Under the pieces are notes generated by a model, which did not search any database, was not told the origin of the DNA, and saw nothing but the letters and a program-made list of their open reading frames with translations. The translations under genes and the position numbers were made by a program. DNA of 63,888 nucleotides, filler included, from Octopus bimaculoides (taxonomy: Eukaryota): assembly GCF_001194135.2 (NCBI RefSeq). It is 5 parts of 4 records of this genome, joined end to end, with 100 filler letters (N's around TTAATTAATTAA, not from the genome) between each part and the next. Parts side by side here need not be neighbours in the genome. Positions count along the whole stretch, not along the records: positions 42,662 to 51,896 come from NC_068981.1; positions 51,997 to 61,665 come from NC_068997.1; positions 61,766 to 63,888 come from NC_068985.1; 2 more parts are not named here. One strand, 5' to 3'. Within the stretch, counting starts at the first letter, position 1. Each line of letters begins with the position of its first letter. This document shows, in pieces, positions 51,789 to 63,888 of this stretch.

Positions 51789-51861
51789 TGGGTAAGGCCA
51801 GAACAATGTTCTATTTTGTGATTTGCCTTGTATTTACTTCGAATTGTTCTGGCCTTACCCA
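51789..51861. repeat. Perfect 19-bp inverted repeat with 35-nt spacer
   Basis: TGGGTAAGGCCAGAACAAT (51789-51807) and ATTGTTCTGGCCTTACCCA (51843-51861). Confidence 0.9.
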
Positions 51862-51896
51862 CGATTCCTTATTCAATATATATATATATATATATA

Positions 51897-51996
51897 NNNN
51901 NNNNNNNNNNNNNNNNNNNNNNNNNNNNNNNNNNNNNNNNTTAATTAATTAANNNNNNNNNNNNNNNNNNNNNNNNNNNNNNNNNNNNNNNNNNNN
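51897..51996. other. Artificial scaffold join (44 N + TTAATTAATTAA + 44 N)
   Basis: Same 100-nt structure. Confidence 0.92.
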
Positions 51997-52029
51997 AAAA
52001 AAAAAATTTTTAATGTATTTTTCAAGGAG

Positions 52030-52191
52030 AGGTGTGAATCTGCATTAGCCCCGAAATTTGCTTCCCAATCACATGGCTCTGGGTTCAATTCCACGACGTG
52101 GCACCTTAGGCAAGAGTCATCTGTCATAGCCCGAAGTCGACCAAAGCGTTGAGAGTAAATTCGGTTATCAGAAACTGAAATAAGCCCGTCG

Positions 52192-52222
<31 letters not shown>

Positions 52223-52390
52223 GTGTGTGTGTCCCACTGTAGTAGTTGGTTTGTTTATGTCCCAGTGACTTCACAGTTTGGCAAAAGATATCGACAGAAT
52301 AAGTGCCAGGTTTTAAAACATTAATTACTGGGACTGATTCTTTCCACTAAACTCGTCAAGGTGGTGCACCAGCATGACCGTCGCTATTAT
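52030..52390 (+). mobile_element. tRNA-derived SINE, degenerate
   Basis: TTGCTTCCCAATCACATGG..GGTTCAATTCC..CGTGGCACCTTAGGCAAG...GAAACTGAAATAAGCCCGTCG. Confidence 0.75.
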
Positions 52391-52539
52391 ACAGAGAGAC
52401 AGGGAGGGAGAGAGACAGACAGACAGACAATACAACATGTGCACATGTATGTGTGTGTAAATGTACGTGTGTATATTATATTATATATATATATATATAT
52501 TCGTTTACCACATTTGTGTGTGTAAATGTATGAATGTAC

Positions 52540-52570
<31 letters not shown>

Positions 52571-53334
52571 CACATACAAATTATATATGTTCCGTTACAT
52601 CTGCTTTTGTTTCATTATGTAACAACATTATTAATATCAACATTATTAATATCAGACTATTTAGTTGGATACCTACAGCCTGGTTACTAACACTCTGTTC
52701 CACTATTGTACAACGGGAAAATATTGATACTTCATAATAATATCATTGTTCACGTTGATTGATAGTATATTGAAGTTTATATTAAGTACACACGCTTGAA
52801 ACATACTCTTTCTTCCTTTGTCTTTCCTCGTTTGATCAAGTCGTTACTTTAGTTACTAAGAGAAATAAATATATTACAGCGAGTCATGCAAATGTTTTGT
52901 AGTCCCGTTAGACGAAAATGGCGAATGCGTTGCTCTAAAGAACGGCGAAGGAAATGCGTTGTTGAATGAACAAGCAATTCTACTTGGTGAAGCTCTTTCT
53001 TGCAGATGGCTATCTCTGTCCCAATCACAATGAGTAGGGAAGTAAAAACGAAACAAAAATGGTGGCTAAGTGGTAAGCGGTTTGCTTTCCAACCATATGG
53101 TTCTGGGTTCACAAAGCTCACCAAAGCCTTATGAACGGATATGGTAGACGTAAAACTGAAAGAAGCTAGTCGTATATACATGTGTGTGCGTGTGTGGTTG
53201 TGGCTGTTTATGTATGTGTGTGGTTGGACTTAGTGTCGTTTAAGGTCATAGGAAGAATTCATATATATATAGCCTGCATCTGCACCGATCCAGCTGTGAA
53301 CCGGTGTTGCTGCATGAGTTGTTGTCAGAACAAA

Positions 53335-53830
53335 TGATCCAGAACAAACACCACAAGGCATCTTATTCTATCCTCTAACAGTTCCGCCAATTCCTCACCC
53401 TCGATCGATGTTTTTAATCAACCTTGAAAGGATAAAAAGCAAAGTTGACCTCGACAGCATTTGAACTCAAAACGCAAAAAAAGTCGGAAGAAACACCGCG
53501 AGGCATCTTGTCCGACGCCCTAAACAGTTCTGCCAATCCACCACCCAGAATTGATATTTTATTTTATCAAACCTGGAAAGAATAAAAAAGCAAAGTTGAC
53601 CCCGGCGGGATTTGAACTTAAAACTCAAGGGGTCGGAACAAACACCGCGAGGCATCTTACCCGCCCGTCTAAACAATTCTGTCAATCCACCGACCTGGAC
53701 TGGGATTTTATTTCATCGAACTTGAAAGAATAAAATACAAATTTGACCTCGGTGGGATTTGAACTCAAAACGCTGAAAGTCAGAACAAATGGTGTGAGAT
53801 ATTTTATCCAAACGCTCTAATGACTCCGTC
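53335..53830 (-). repeat. Head-to-tail array of ~147-bp SINE 5' units (3+ copies)
   Basis: The anchor AAACACC.C.AGGCATCTT recurs at 53346, 53491 and 53640, with a diverged copy at 53787 (periods 145, 149, 147). Each full unit contains AAAG.A.AAAA.CAAA.TTGACC.CG...TTTGAACT.AAAAC. Confidence 0.8.
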
Positions 53831-54311
53831 AATAAACCGGCATATTAACTGCATACGCTGGCTCATAATCAGTTAACCCTTTCATGAGAAGGAGCTAGTT
53901 TATGCATGTTTGCATACCATTTGCTGCGCATTGACCTTAATAGCAATGAGCCAATAAAAGCTATTATACTCTATTTAGGGACCACTTTACTCTTAAGTGT
54001 ATAGGGGCTACTTAATTTTTATTCATTTGTTTATTTATTCATTTATTGCAACCCTGACCCAAATTCCTAAATGCAAAAGAATACGATAGCGGAATTTGCA
54101 CAACGGAGATAAGGAGAGGCGTGGAAAGAGGAAGGGGGAGAAAGGAGAAAGAGTTAAATGCAGAGTGAGTGAGTGAGTGCGCGTGTGTGGCAGTTAGTGA
54201 GTAAGTGAGTGAGTGATGAAGAGAGTAAGTGCATATGCGTGCGCATGGAAAATGCACGATAGTAATGTAAACATTAAGTGTATTGCTCATACAAACAAAC
54301 ATACAGACACG

Positions 54312-54363
<52 letters not shown>

Positions 54364-55005
54364 NNNNNNNNNNNNNNNNNNNNNNNNNNNNNNNNNNNNN
54401 NNNNNNNNNNNNNNNNNNNNNNNNNNNNNNNNNNNNNNNNNNNNNNNNNNNNNNNNNNNNNNNNNNNNNNNNNNNNNNNNNNNNNNNNNNNNNNNNNNNN
54501 NNNNNNNNNNNNNNNNCTGGACAGACAGACAGACGGACGGATGGTGGTGCCTTGCAGGTGGTATTTTTCTAGTGAGGACGGGTCTTCCACTACGTGTAGT
54601 TGTTGTGTCTGCGCGATGGGGTGGGGGACGTTGATAACGGTAATATTACTGTTTATTGATGCTGACCGTAATGGTGGTGGTGATGACGGTGACGATGATG
54701 ATGGTGATGGTGGTGATGGTGTTATGTGAATATATGTGCATATATATGCGCATGTGTGTAAGTGCGTATATATGTGTATGTCGCGCACGTGTCTGCTTGT
54801 GTATCTATGTACGCTTGTGCCTGTCTACATTTGTGTGTGTGTGTCTTCTTACGTATGTATGTCCCTTGAGAACTACTGAAATGACATACAGAGTAACTGA
54901 TACAACAGTAAATATTCGATATTTACAGCGACACCTACTGGTGACAACTGGGAGTTAAATATTATAGTCAGAATAACGTCACTTCCTATCTCTCTGTCTC
55001 TCTCC

Positions 55006-55045
<40 letters not shown>

Positions 55046-55197
55046 CTCTATCTATCTATCTCTGTCTATCTATCTTCTATCTAACTACCTGTCGATATCG
55101 GTCTATCGGTAACTTTCTGTCCGTATCAATCCATCCATCTATACAATTATCTAAAATATAAATGTGCATGTGTGTCTTTATACTTATTACTAACTAT

Positions 55198-55261
<64 letters not shown>

Positions 55262-55269
<8 letters not shown>

Positions 55270-55587
55270 AGAATGAATATCTGTGTGTCTGTGTGAATCC
55301 CTAAAACTCCAGAACTACACAACCAATTTCATTCAAATTTTACACATGCCTTACTTAGGGTCCCAGTTGTGTTTTAGTCAAAAAAATCTTTAACTTCTTG
55401 CATAGTTCGAGCCCACATCAACATAATATCTCCTCCACTATTTAAGTATTGCGTGTCAAAAGTGAAACAAAAACACTCATGTCAAATACTTTCACTTTAA
55501 AAATGAAACTTTTCCACTATTTCAGTATCAAAACTGAAAAATCACATTTCGATACTGTAATTTTGGGGGGATTAATTTACACTGCAT
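55262..55587 (+). mobile_element. Helitron 5' non-coding region
   Basis: Reverse-complement relative of 44-358. The 5' end is buried in (TA)n. Confidence 0.65.
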
Positions 55588-56341
55588 NNNNNNNNNNNNN
55601 NNNNNNNNNNNNNNNNNNNNNNNNNNNNNNNNNNNNNNNNNNNNNNNNNNNNNNNNNNNNNNNNNNNNNNNNNNNNNNNNNNNNNNNNNNNNNNNNNNNN
55701 NNNNNNNNNNNNNNNNNNNNNNNNNNNNNNNNNNNNNNNNNNNNNNNNNNNNNNNNNNNNNNNNNNNNNNNNNNNNNNNNNNNNNNNNNNNNNNNNNNNN
55801 NNNNNNNNNNNNNNNNNNNNNNNNNNNNNNNNNNNNNNNNNNNNNNNNNNNNNNNNNNNNNNNNNNNNNNNNNNNNNNNNNNNNNNNNNNNNNNNNNNNN
55901 NNNNNNNNNNNNNNNNNNNNNNNNNNNNNNNNNNNNNNNNNNNNNNNNNNNNNNNNNNNNNNNNNNNNNNNNNNNNNNNNNNNNNNNNNNNNNNNNNNNN
56001 NNNNNNNNNNNNNNNNNNNNNNNNNNNNNNNNNNNNNNNNNNNNNNNNNNNNNNNNNNNNNNNNNNNNNNNNNNNNNNNNNNNNNNNNNGGATGATAATT
56101 ATCGCAGAAGTTGCAAGGTAAGACATAAAATTCTTTGTCTCTCTGTAATAATTATTGTAGCATTTACCGTTAAATTAGCAGTTCCATACATGAGCTATTT
56201 CGTTCATTTGCTTATATTTCATAAATTTACACAGCATACAAAAATACGGACATAATATATATTTACAATTGCTTACAAAAATAGAGATTAATGTATATTT
56301 TTTCTATGTTCATAATTTTTTGTTTACAATATTGAAAAAAT

Positions 56342-56880
56342 ATGCCACCAAAGAAAAGATGTAATCCCTCCAGAAACACGTATAAAGCGAGGACGATTAC
56401 AGAAAACAAAGGCTAGTGTCTCGACAGTGAAAGGAGACGAAACTTTCTCAAGGTCAGCAGATGCATGCCGCAGCACGTCAGTCTCAAGAGAGAAGGGAGA
56501 TGAGATTTTCCCAATATCAGCTAAGGCATGCTTTAATACTTAATGCTGAATCATTCGAACAACGTTTAACACGCCAGATTAGACAGAGGTCCAATACAAT
56601 AGCTCTTAGAAATAGATCACATGTAAATTCGCTCTTCGCAACACCAGGAGCTGCTTTCAGATATGATCCATCCTATTCCTATAAAAATGATAATTCTGTA
56701 CAAAATGGTGTGCTACACTCAAATTGTCGTTTCTGTAAAGCTTTCAAATTTAGAAGAGTAGGCCAAATCACTGCCGCCCATTTCCTCCTGGCTTCCAAAT
56801 TAACTCCTCTTTCTTTAATTTGTTTAGCAAAATTTCTGATCGGAGGAAACAATGTATTCACATGGATAGTACTGGATTAA
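56342..56880 (+). mobile_element. Helitron RepHel N-terminal coding remnant
   Basis: MPPKKRCNPSRNT..., then AAFRYDPSYSY...CRFCKAFKF...LPP...MDSTG across frameshifts. This resembles the RepHel N-terminus AF.YDP..Y...C.HC.A.KF...GKV.LP...FQMTSFG. Confidence 0.7.
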
Positions 56881-57319
56881 GCATAAAGCAAAATAAACAC
56901 GTACTTAGGACATCAAAAGAAAGGGACACTACAGAAATGGTAAACGGTTTACGGCACAAAAGAAATCACGTTAAACTTGCTAAAATAATATTCAAAGTGG
57001 TTTATATAATTTATATAATTGAAAATATCATTTCAAAGTGTTCATGGTACCATAGTGAGGATCCTATCAAAGACTTTGAGATTAAACAAAAGTAGGAGAA
57101 AACTGTTGAAATATAAATAAACTTGGTCGTATATAAAAACAAGTATTATTTTCCATCTTACTGTTAGATTTCTTTCATTTTAAAAAAATATGAATTTATT
57201 TTATGGTTTATTATTGTTTAAATTTTTAATTACATATATATGGGGGGGGCGCCAAAATCTTTTAAGTGCTAAGGGGGTTCTCTGGGTCTTAATCCGGTGC
57301 AGTAAATCGATATTGTAAT

Positions 57320-57455
57320 ACACTTTTTATCTTTTATTTGTTTCAGTCATTAGACTGTGGCAATGCTGGGGCAACACCTTGAGAAATTTTAGTCGAACGA
57401 GTTAACCCTAGTAGTTATTATTTATTATTTTAAAGCCTGATACCTATTCTGTCGT
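57320..57455 (-). mobile_element. SINE 3' tail fragment
   Basis: CTTTTATTTGTTTCAGTCATT.GACTG.GGC.ATGCTGG matches the other tails. Confidence 0.7.
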
Positions 57456-58317
57456 GTATGTATGTATATATATATATATATATAATCCAAAAAAGTTAGG
57501 GGTTGTGAATCCAACCCAATAAGGGATAATATCTATCCAATNNNNNNNNNNNNNNNNNNNNNNNNNNNNNNNNNNNNNNNNNNNNNNNNNNNNNNNNNNN
57601 NNNNNNNNNNNNNNNNNNNNNNNNNNNNNNNNNNNNNNNNNNNNNNNNNNNNNNNNNNNNNNNNNNNNNNNNNNNNNNNNNNNNNNNNNNNNNNNNNNNN
57701 NNNNNNNNNNNNNNNNNNNNNNNNNNNNNNNNNNNNNNNNNNNNNNNNNNNNNNNNNNNNNNNNNNNNNNNNNNNNNNNNNNNNNNNNNNNNNNNNNNNN
57801 NNNNNNNNNNNNNNNNNNNNNNNNNNNNNNNNNNNNNNNNNNNNNNNNNNNNNNNNNNNNNNNNNNNNNNNNNNNNNNNNNNNNNNNNNNNNNNNNNNNN
57901 NNNNNNNNNNNNNNNNNNNNNNNNNNNNNNNNNNNNNNNNNNNNNNNNNNNNNNNNNNNNNNNNNNNNNNNNNNNNNNNNNNNNNNNNNNNNNNNNNNNN
58001 NNNNNNNNNNNNNNNNNNNNNNNNNNNNNNNNNNNNNNNNNNNNNNNNNNNNNNNNNNNNNNNNNNNNNNNNNNNNNNNNNNNNNNNNNNNNNNNNNNNN
58101 NNNNNNNNNNNNNNNNNNNNNNNNNNNNNNNNNNNNNNNNNNNNNNNNNNNNNNNTCTTAATCGGGAATAAGAAAAGTTTTATTCTGTACTTATTGCATG
58201 AAACATTGAGCACTGTGTCAAAGTTATTTTATTCCAATAAATCAATAAATTTCGTTTTATTGGTGTAGACCATTACTATTCTGTTAGAATCGTTTTTACT
58301 TACACACACACACACAA

Positions 58318-58645
58318 TGAAAGCGAGTGGCTACGAGTTTAGGATATGCGGCTCATGATTGCGAGGTTGCGAGTACGATACCTGGCTGTGCGCTGTGTCC
58401 TTGAGCAAGGCACTTTATTTCACTTTGCTATAGTCTATTCAGTTGGCAAAAAAAAAAATGAGTTGTACCTGTAATCCAAATGCCCAGCCTTGTCACATTG
58501 TGTCACGCTGAATCTCCCTAAGAACTACGTTAAGGGTATACGTGTCTATGGAGCGCTCAGCCACTTGCACGTTAATTTCACGAACAGGCTGTTTCGTTGA
58601 TCGTATCAGCTGGGACCCTCGTCGCCGTAACCGATTGAGTGCAAG
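58318..58645 (+). mobile_element. tRNA-derived SINE, near full length
   Basis: Same family as 43040-43360 and 33560-33880. Confidence 0.78.
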
Positions 58646-59869
58646 TATACACACACACATACAGTGTTATTCTTTGGGAAGGTCATATTGCCAATAAACT
58701 CATGCACTGGTTGTCGTTCACTTCATTTTCAATGATTTCAAATCCTCCAGCAGATTTACTTTTGCATGATATGTCGTCAAATATCATTGCTATATTGTGA
58801 AGCCTGAAATCTTGTTCTCCTGTTGTTGTTTTGTTTTCATTGTTTATTTTTATTTTTATTCTTTTTTTGCTTTTATTTTTTCTGATGCTAACATAACGTG
58901 TGTGTGTATGTGTGTGTGTGTGTGTTTAGCTTTCAGGCTTTGTGTGTATGCGCGCGCGCGTGTACTTTGTGGGTATGCGTGTTTGTGTGCGTGTGTGCGT
59001 ACGTGTGTGCGTGCGTGCGTGCGTGTACGTGTGCATCGGCTTATTTTAGTTTACTTTAATGTGATTGCATCTTCATTCATATATTACTGTGGTGGTCAAA
59101 CGGTGGTAGTAGGTATATTGTTACTCCATTCATTCTTTATTCTGACAGATTTCCTTGGAAGCAGAATCTGATTTCAGTACGTGTACAGTTTCTGTAACCT
59201 GTCGTAATGTCAGATATTTTTAATGCGTGGAAGAATTATTATTGCAGCATCATTTATTGATCCACTATCTTTCTGAGTGGCATGTTGGTAGAGCATAGGT
59301 GTCTGCTTTTTTCTTCATTTTATTCACACTAGTGTTATCCATGTGTTTCACCTATACTGCGGGCCGATTCTCTTATGTTGTAGTAGTAACCATTCAGAGC
59401 CTGTGCGTTGATTGTGCTACTCAACAGTTATTGTGAGAACAGAAGATTTTCTTAAATGAGAATGACCTACAAAATAGCGACTTGATGTGTTTTACTGCTA
59501 TTCTTTATTTTTTATTTTTTACTTTTTACGGTCATTGGACAGCGGTAAACGAAAGATCGAACGAAGGTAGTACTCAATGCAATTGGAATTATAAGCGCAT
59601 AATATTAGGTTGATTCAACTCCACAAATGTGGATCTGAGCCAACTCATATTGAGCTTATCTAGGTCTACCGTATAAAGCACAAATTTGTGGCCTGTATAA
59701 CCGACCATTTTGAATTGTGGACACCCTGTGTTATCCCTATCTGCTGGCCAACAGAATACTCTATCTAAATACGATCTAGATTATCTGATACTGTCTTCTC
59801 ATGTCCACAATAGTACATCCAGATGATTCAGTCGGTACCTGACAGCCAGGTACCTTACAGCCAGGTAGT

Positions 59870-60250
59870 CGAATACATCGACCCCACTGCTCAACTGGTA
59901 CTTCTTTCATCCACCCTGAAAGGATGAAAGGCAAACTTAGCCTTGGTGAAATTTGTATTCAGAACTTAAAGACGGACGAAATGCTTCTAAACATTTTGCC
60001 CGGCGTAGTAATGATTTTGCCAGCTCGCCGCCTTTGTAATTATAATAATATATAAAAGGCCTGAAATTTGAAGGAGAAGATTAGTCAATACCAGAGAGAC
60101 CAGTACTTGACTGGTACTTCATTTTATCAACCCCGGAAGGATGAAAGGGAAAATTGACTTCGGTAGGGCTTGAACTCAGTGCAGAAAGAGCCAGAAGAAA
60201 TACTGCAAGACATTTATTACGACTCTCTAATGATTCCGCCATGTTCTTCA
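59870..60250 (-). mobile_element. Tandem dimer of SINE copies
   Basis: The core (A)CTGGTACTTC...ATC.ACCC.G.AAGGATGAAAGG occurs twice, each followed by a reverse-oriented tRNA-like head. Confidence 0.7.
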
Positions 60251-60896
60251 CCACTGTGGCTAGTATTTTCTAATTTAAAAATAATTATTTCTAATCTAAA
60301 AATAACAGGCAACACATTCGAAGTCCTAAATCATAAGACATTAATGCTCCTCAATAAATAACAATAAATGCGTGGCTGCGAATAAAAACATACCATGTTG
60401 ATTAAATGTTCTCTTCAGTCAATCCCTTTCCTCTCCTCCGTTTTCCTGGTTCGACTGAAGACGAGCTGGCCATTTTTTTTTTTTTTTTAGGGCTTTCTGT
60501 TTTGTTTTGTTTTGCCTTTTGAGAAATATTGGATCTCTATAACAGAAGGAGAGCAGCGCTATTTGTTCGTTCAGTTCCTTTAACTGAATGTTGTCGTTTT
60601 CTTGCGTTCGCTAATGAAAACAGAAAAGAAAACGAAAGGAAAAAACAAGTGATCAAGCAACGGCTATTTAAGCTGTTATATGTCAACAGTATGATTTATG
60701 ATCACACTTACCTACATAACAGTTGCAAACATCATTATTTTTACATAAATATATGCAATTCTTTTTTTCTGAACGTCTGTATATCTGTCTGTCTGTCTTC
60801 GAACATATATGGTTGTCAATATGAATGCATCTGTATATACGTGTGTGTGTGTATAAGTGGTTATGTGTGTGTATGTGTGCGTGTGTATATGTGTAT

Positions 60897-60932
<36 letters not shown>

Positions 60933-61665
60933 ATGCATATATATGCGTGGGTTATGTAGTGTGTTTATGTGTGTGTGTGTGTGTGTGTGTGTGCGTATGC
61001 ATATATATGCGTGGGTTATGTAGTGTGTTTATGTATGTATGTGTGTGTGTATGTATACACGTATATATGTATACTCACATACATGTATATATCCACATAT
61101 ATATATATGTGGATATATGCGTATATAACTACGTATATACATACATACACACACGCATACCTACATACATACATACACACATACATACATACACACATGC
61201 CTACATACATGCCTTCATACATACATGCCTACATACACACACACATACATACATGCATACATACAAATATATACTGTAAATAGACAAATGTAAGTACATA
61301 TGCATGTATTCATGAATACATGCCAAAGCATCTTCGATGATGAATTGTATTGCGTTCATTTTTGTTGTTGTGGTTATATTTTTGTGAGGTGGGGGAGTTA
61401 GCTGTCATTAATGTCATTTTTGTTGTTGTTTTCATTATCGCTGGTGGTGGTGCTGCTGCTATTGTTGTTGTTAATGTTTTATCTATAATGAATGGACAAT
61501 GTGTCGACAGCATGTTGGGAGAGACACTATGGAGTCTCCGTTACTATGTTTGTCTACAGATCACATGACATACACACGTTACAGACACAGACACACACAC
61601 ATACATATATACATGTACGTATGTACACACACACGAATAAGTGTGAATGTGAATGCTTACACATG

Positions 61666-61765
61666 NNNNNNNNNNNNNNNNNNNNNNNNNNNNNNNNNNN
61701 NNNNNNNNNTTAATTAATTAANNNNNNNNNNNNNNNNNNNNNNNNNNNNNNNNNNNNNNNNNNNN
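61666..61765. other. Artificial scaffold join (44 N + TTAATTAATTAA + 44 N)
   Basis: Same 100-nt structure. Confidence 0.92.
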
Positions 61766-63380
61766 ACATTTGCTAAATAAACTGTCCAGCAATAGTGAAA
61801 TTAAAAAAAAAAAATAAATAAATAAATAAAAACAAACATGAATGTGCCTCGATATATGCGAACACTGATAGCCTGTTAAATAAATTAACAACGGAAACCA
61901 GTTGTTTCTTTTCCCCATCCCATCCCGAGCTAACGAAAGAAGCCTCTTGGAGTGCTCTATACATGTATGATATATATTCATGCATTTCTGTATATTTATC
62001 TCCTCATCAATGTTATTTCTTAAAAAAACAAAACAAAAAAAAAAACAGATATTTTTATTTACAAACCATGTTTTTCTACTGCATGTGTAAATCCCTTTTG
62101 ATGCGTAATCATTGACTTTTGTGGTTTACATTCAATTCAAGGTCCTCTTTATAGTTCTTTATAGTTCTTTACCCTGCCAAAGAACAAAAAATAATAAATA
62201 AAACATAAAAAAATAAATAAAAACGAATAAAAATAAATAAAAATGCAAAGGAAATAAAAAAAGAAAACCCCTTTGCTGAACCCTACAAGTTTTCTCTTCT
62301 TAAATATTCTTCAATGATTATCAATTTCTTCTTCTTCATCAGTTATCGGGGCCCCATTTTTGATCTTCTTCTCATCATTTGACTCCCTAAGGATCAGTTT
62401 GCCGCAACTTTAGCATCAAACAGAGGAACCCTGCTTTTGCGAAATTCTGTTCCAATGAAGCGCGCACGCAACCACCCCCACACACACACGCACACAAACA
62501 CATGCATACGCACACTTAGTCACGTACACTCACACCGGATTACGCTCTCACACAGACACATAGAGACGTGCACATACAAACATATACATTAACTCGCATA
62601 AGCAACAGACATGCAAAAACATGCATGTGTACGCACATACACATGCACACTGGCAGAGACGCGCACACGCACACGCACACAATACACATATACAAACACG
62701 TAATTACAAACACAACACAATAGTTCATACACACACACACACACACACACACAATCATGCATACACAAACATGTACACATACTCATACAAGTGAACACAC
62801 CCACACGCGTGTACGCATAATAAATACACGCAGTTAAACACTCACTCAAATGCACACACACTCACATAACTACCATATACCATCACACACACATATATAA
62901 CCACACACACACACACACACATAGGCATACATTCCAATACACAACACACATACACGCAAATGTACATCCACGCGCGTGTGGTCATACAGTCGTATATATA
63001 TACAAACAGTCACACAAATGCATAGTTAAACACCCATCCAAATGCGCGCGCATACACACACACACACACATAGCCACGCACACAACTGACATGCACATAG
63101 ATGCACAGATATACCATCACACACAAACACACACACAGCCGCACGTACAGAAATACACACATATATATATATATATTAAGCAAGAATTAGAGTTGAAGAC
63201 TACAATAGAGGGCGCTGTGATCAAAGATGCAACACTTTCCTTTATCTTTGCAAGATCAAACCACGGATGTTGACTGATTATACATAGTGTGCCGTGGGGG
63301 TGGGGGAACCACATGAAAGCCAGGAAGCGGAAATTAGACCTTTATTGTACTACAATACATGTAGATATAGATAATGGTCT

Positions 63381-63422
<42 letters not shown>

Positions 63423-63432
63423 NNNNNNNNNN

Positions 63433-63472
<40 letters not shown>

Positions 63473-63703
63473 AGCATACATATATATACATGTGTACGTA
63501 TATACACATAAGCGTACGTATATATTTGCACATATACACCTTTATATACATACTTACATGTGTTCATATAGGTATATGTGTATGCATGCATCATACGTAG
63601 TATATACCATTTATATTAAATGCATGTGCATACATACCGATATGAATAAGACACAGTCATATATATATATATATATATATATTTGTCTATAATATAGATT
63701 CAT

Positions 63704-63739
<36 letters not shown>

Positions 63740-63888
63740 TGTGTGTATGTGTGTGCGTCTATGTGTGCGTACATGCACAATTTTTTCAATTCGCATATAT
63801 TCATTCATTAATGTGCAGATAGATAATGATGTGGAATTAGAGCAAGATAATACAATTTATTTGTATATGTCTCTCTCTCTCTCTCTCT

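Noticed and set aside
53335-53830. CRISPR-like periodicity
   Set aside because: The whole ~147-nt unit is repeated and SINE-derived; there are no unique spacers or cas genes, and the context is eukaryotic.
62394-62446. Possible terminal exon FRKSRVPLFDAKVAAN* on the minus strand
   Set aside because: Poor polypyrimidine tract and no recognisable homology or partner exon.

Overview
AT-rich, microsatellite-dense eukaryotic genomic DNA with many N gaps. The SINE families and the (AT)n/(GT)n load look like an Octopus genome (inference from recognised repeat sequences, not a database hit). Four 100-nt blocks (44 N + TTAATTAATTAA + 44 N) are artificial joins, so the window is five pieces: 1-22258, 22359-42561, 42662-51896, 51997-61665 and 61766-63888. 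The first piece holds the 3' parts of two convergent CYP4-clan (CYP4V-like) cytochrome P450 paralogs. Gene A (+) shows 2 exons. Gene B (-) shows 6 exons, one partial, in a continuous frame with GT-AG junctions, and its I-helix (FGGTDTM) lacks the CYP4 heme-linking Glu. The rest is decayed mobile DNA: tRNA-derived SINEs, R4/Dong-like, Tx1-like, RTE and Penelope-like retroelements, Tc1/mariner and Helitron remnants. Two minimal hammerhead-ribozyme-like motifs, a tandem array of SINE heads and a perfect 19-bp inverted repeat deserve a second look. Nearly all long ORFs in the supplied track are artefacts of microsatellites and N runs. I found no convincing new multi-gene system. Repeat boundaries are approximate; CYP exon boundaries were counted base by base.
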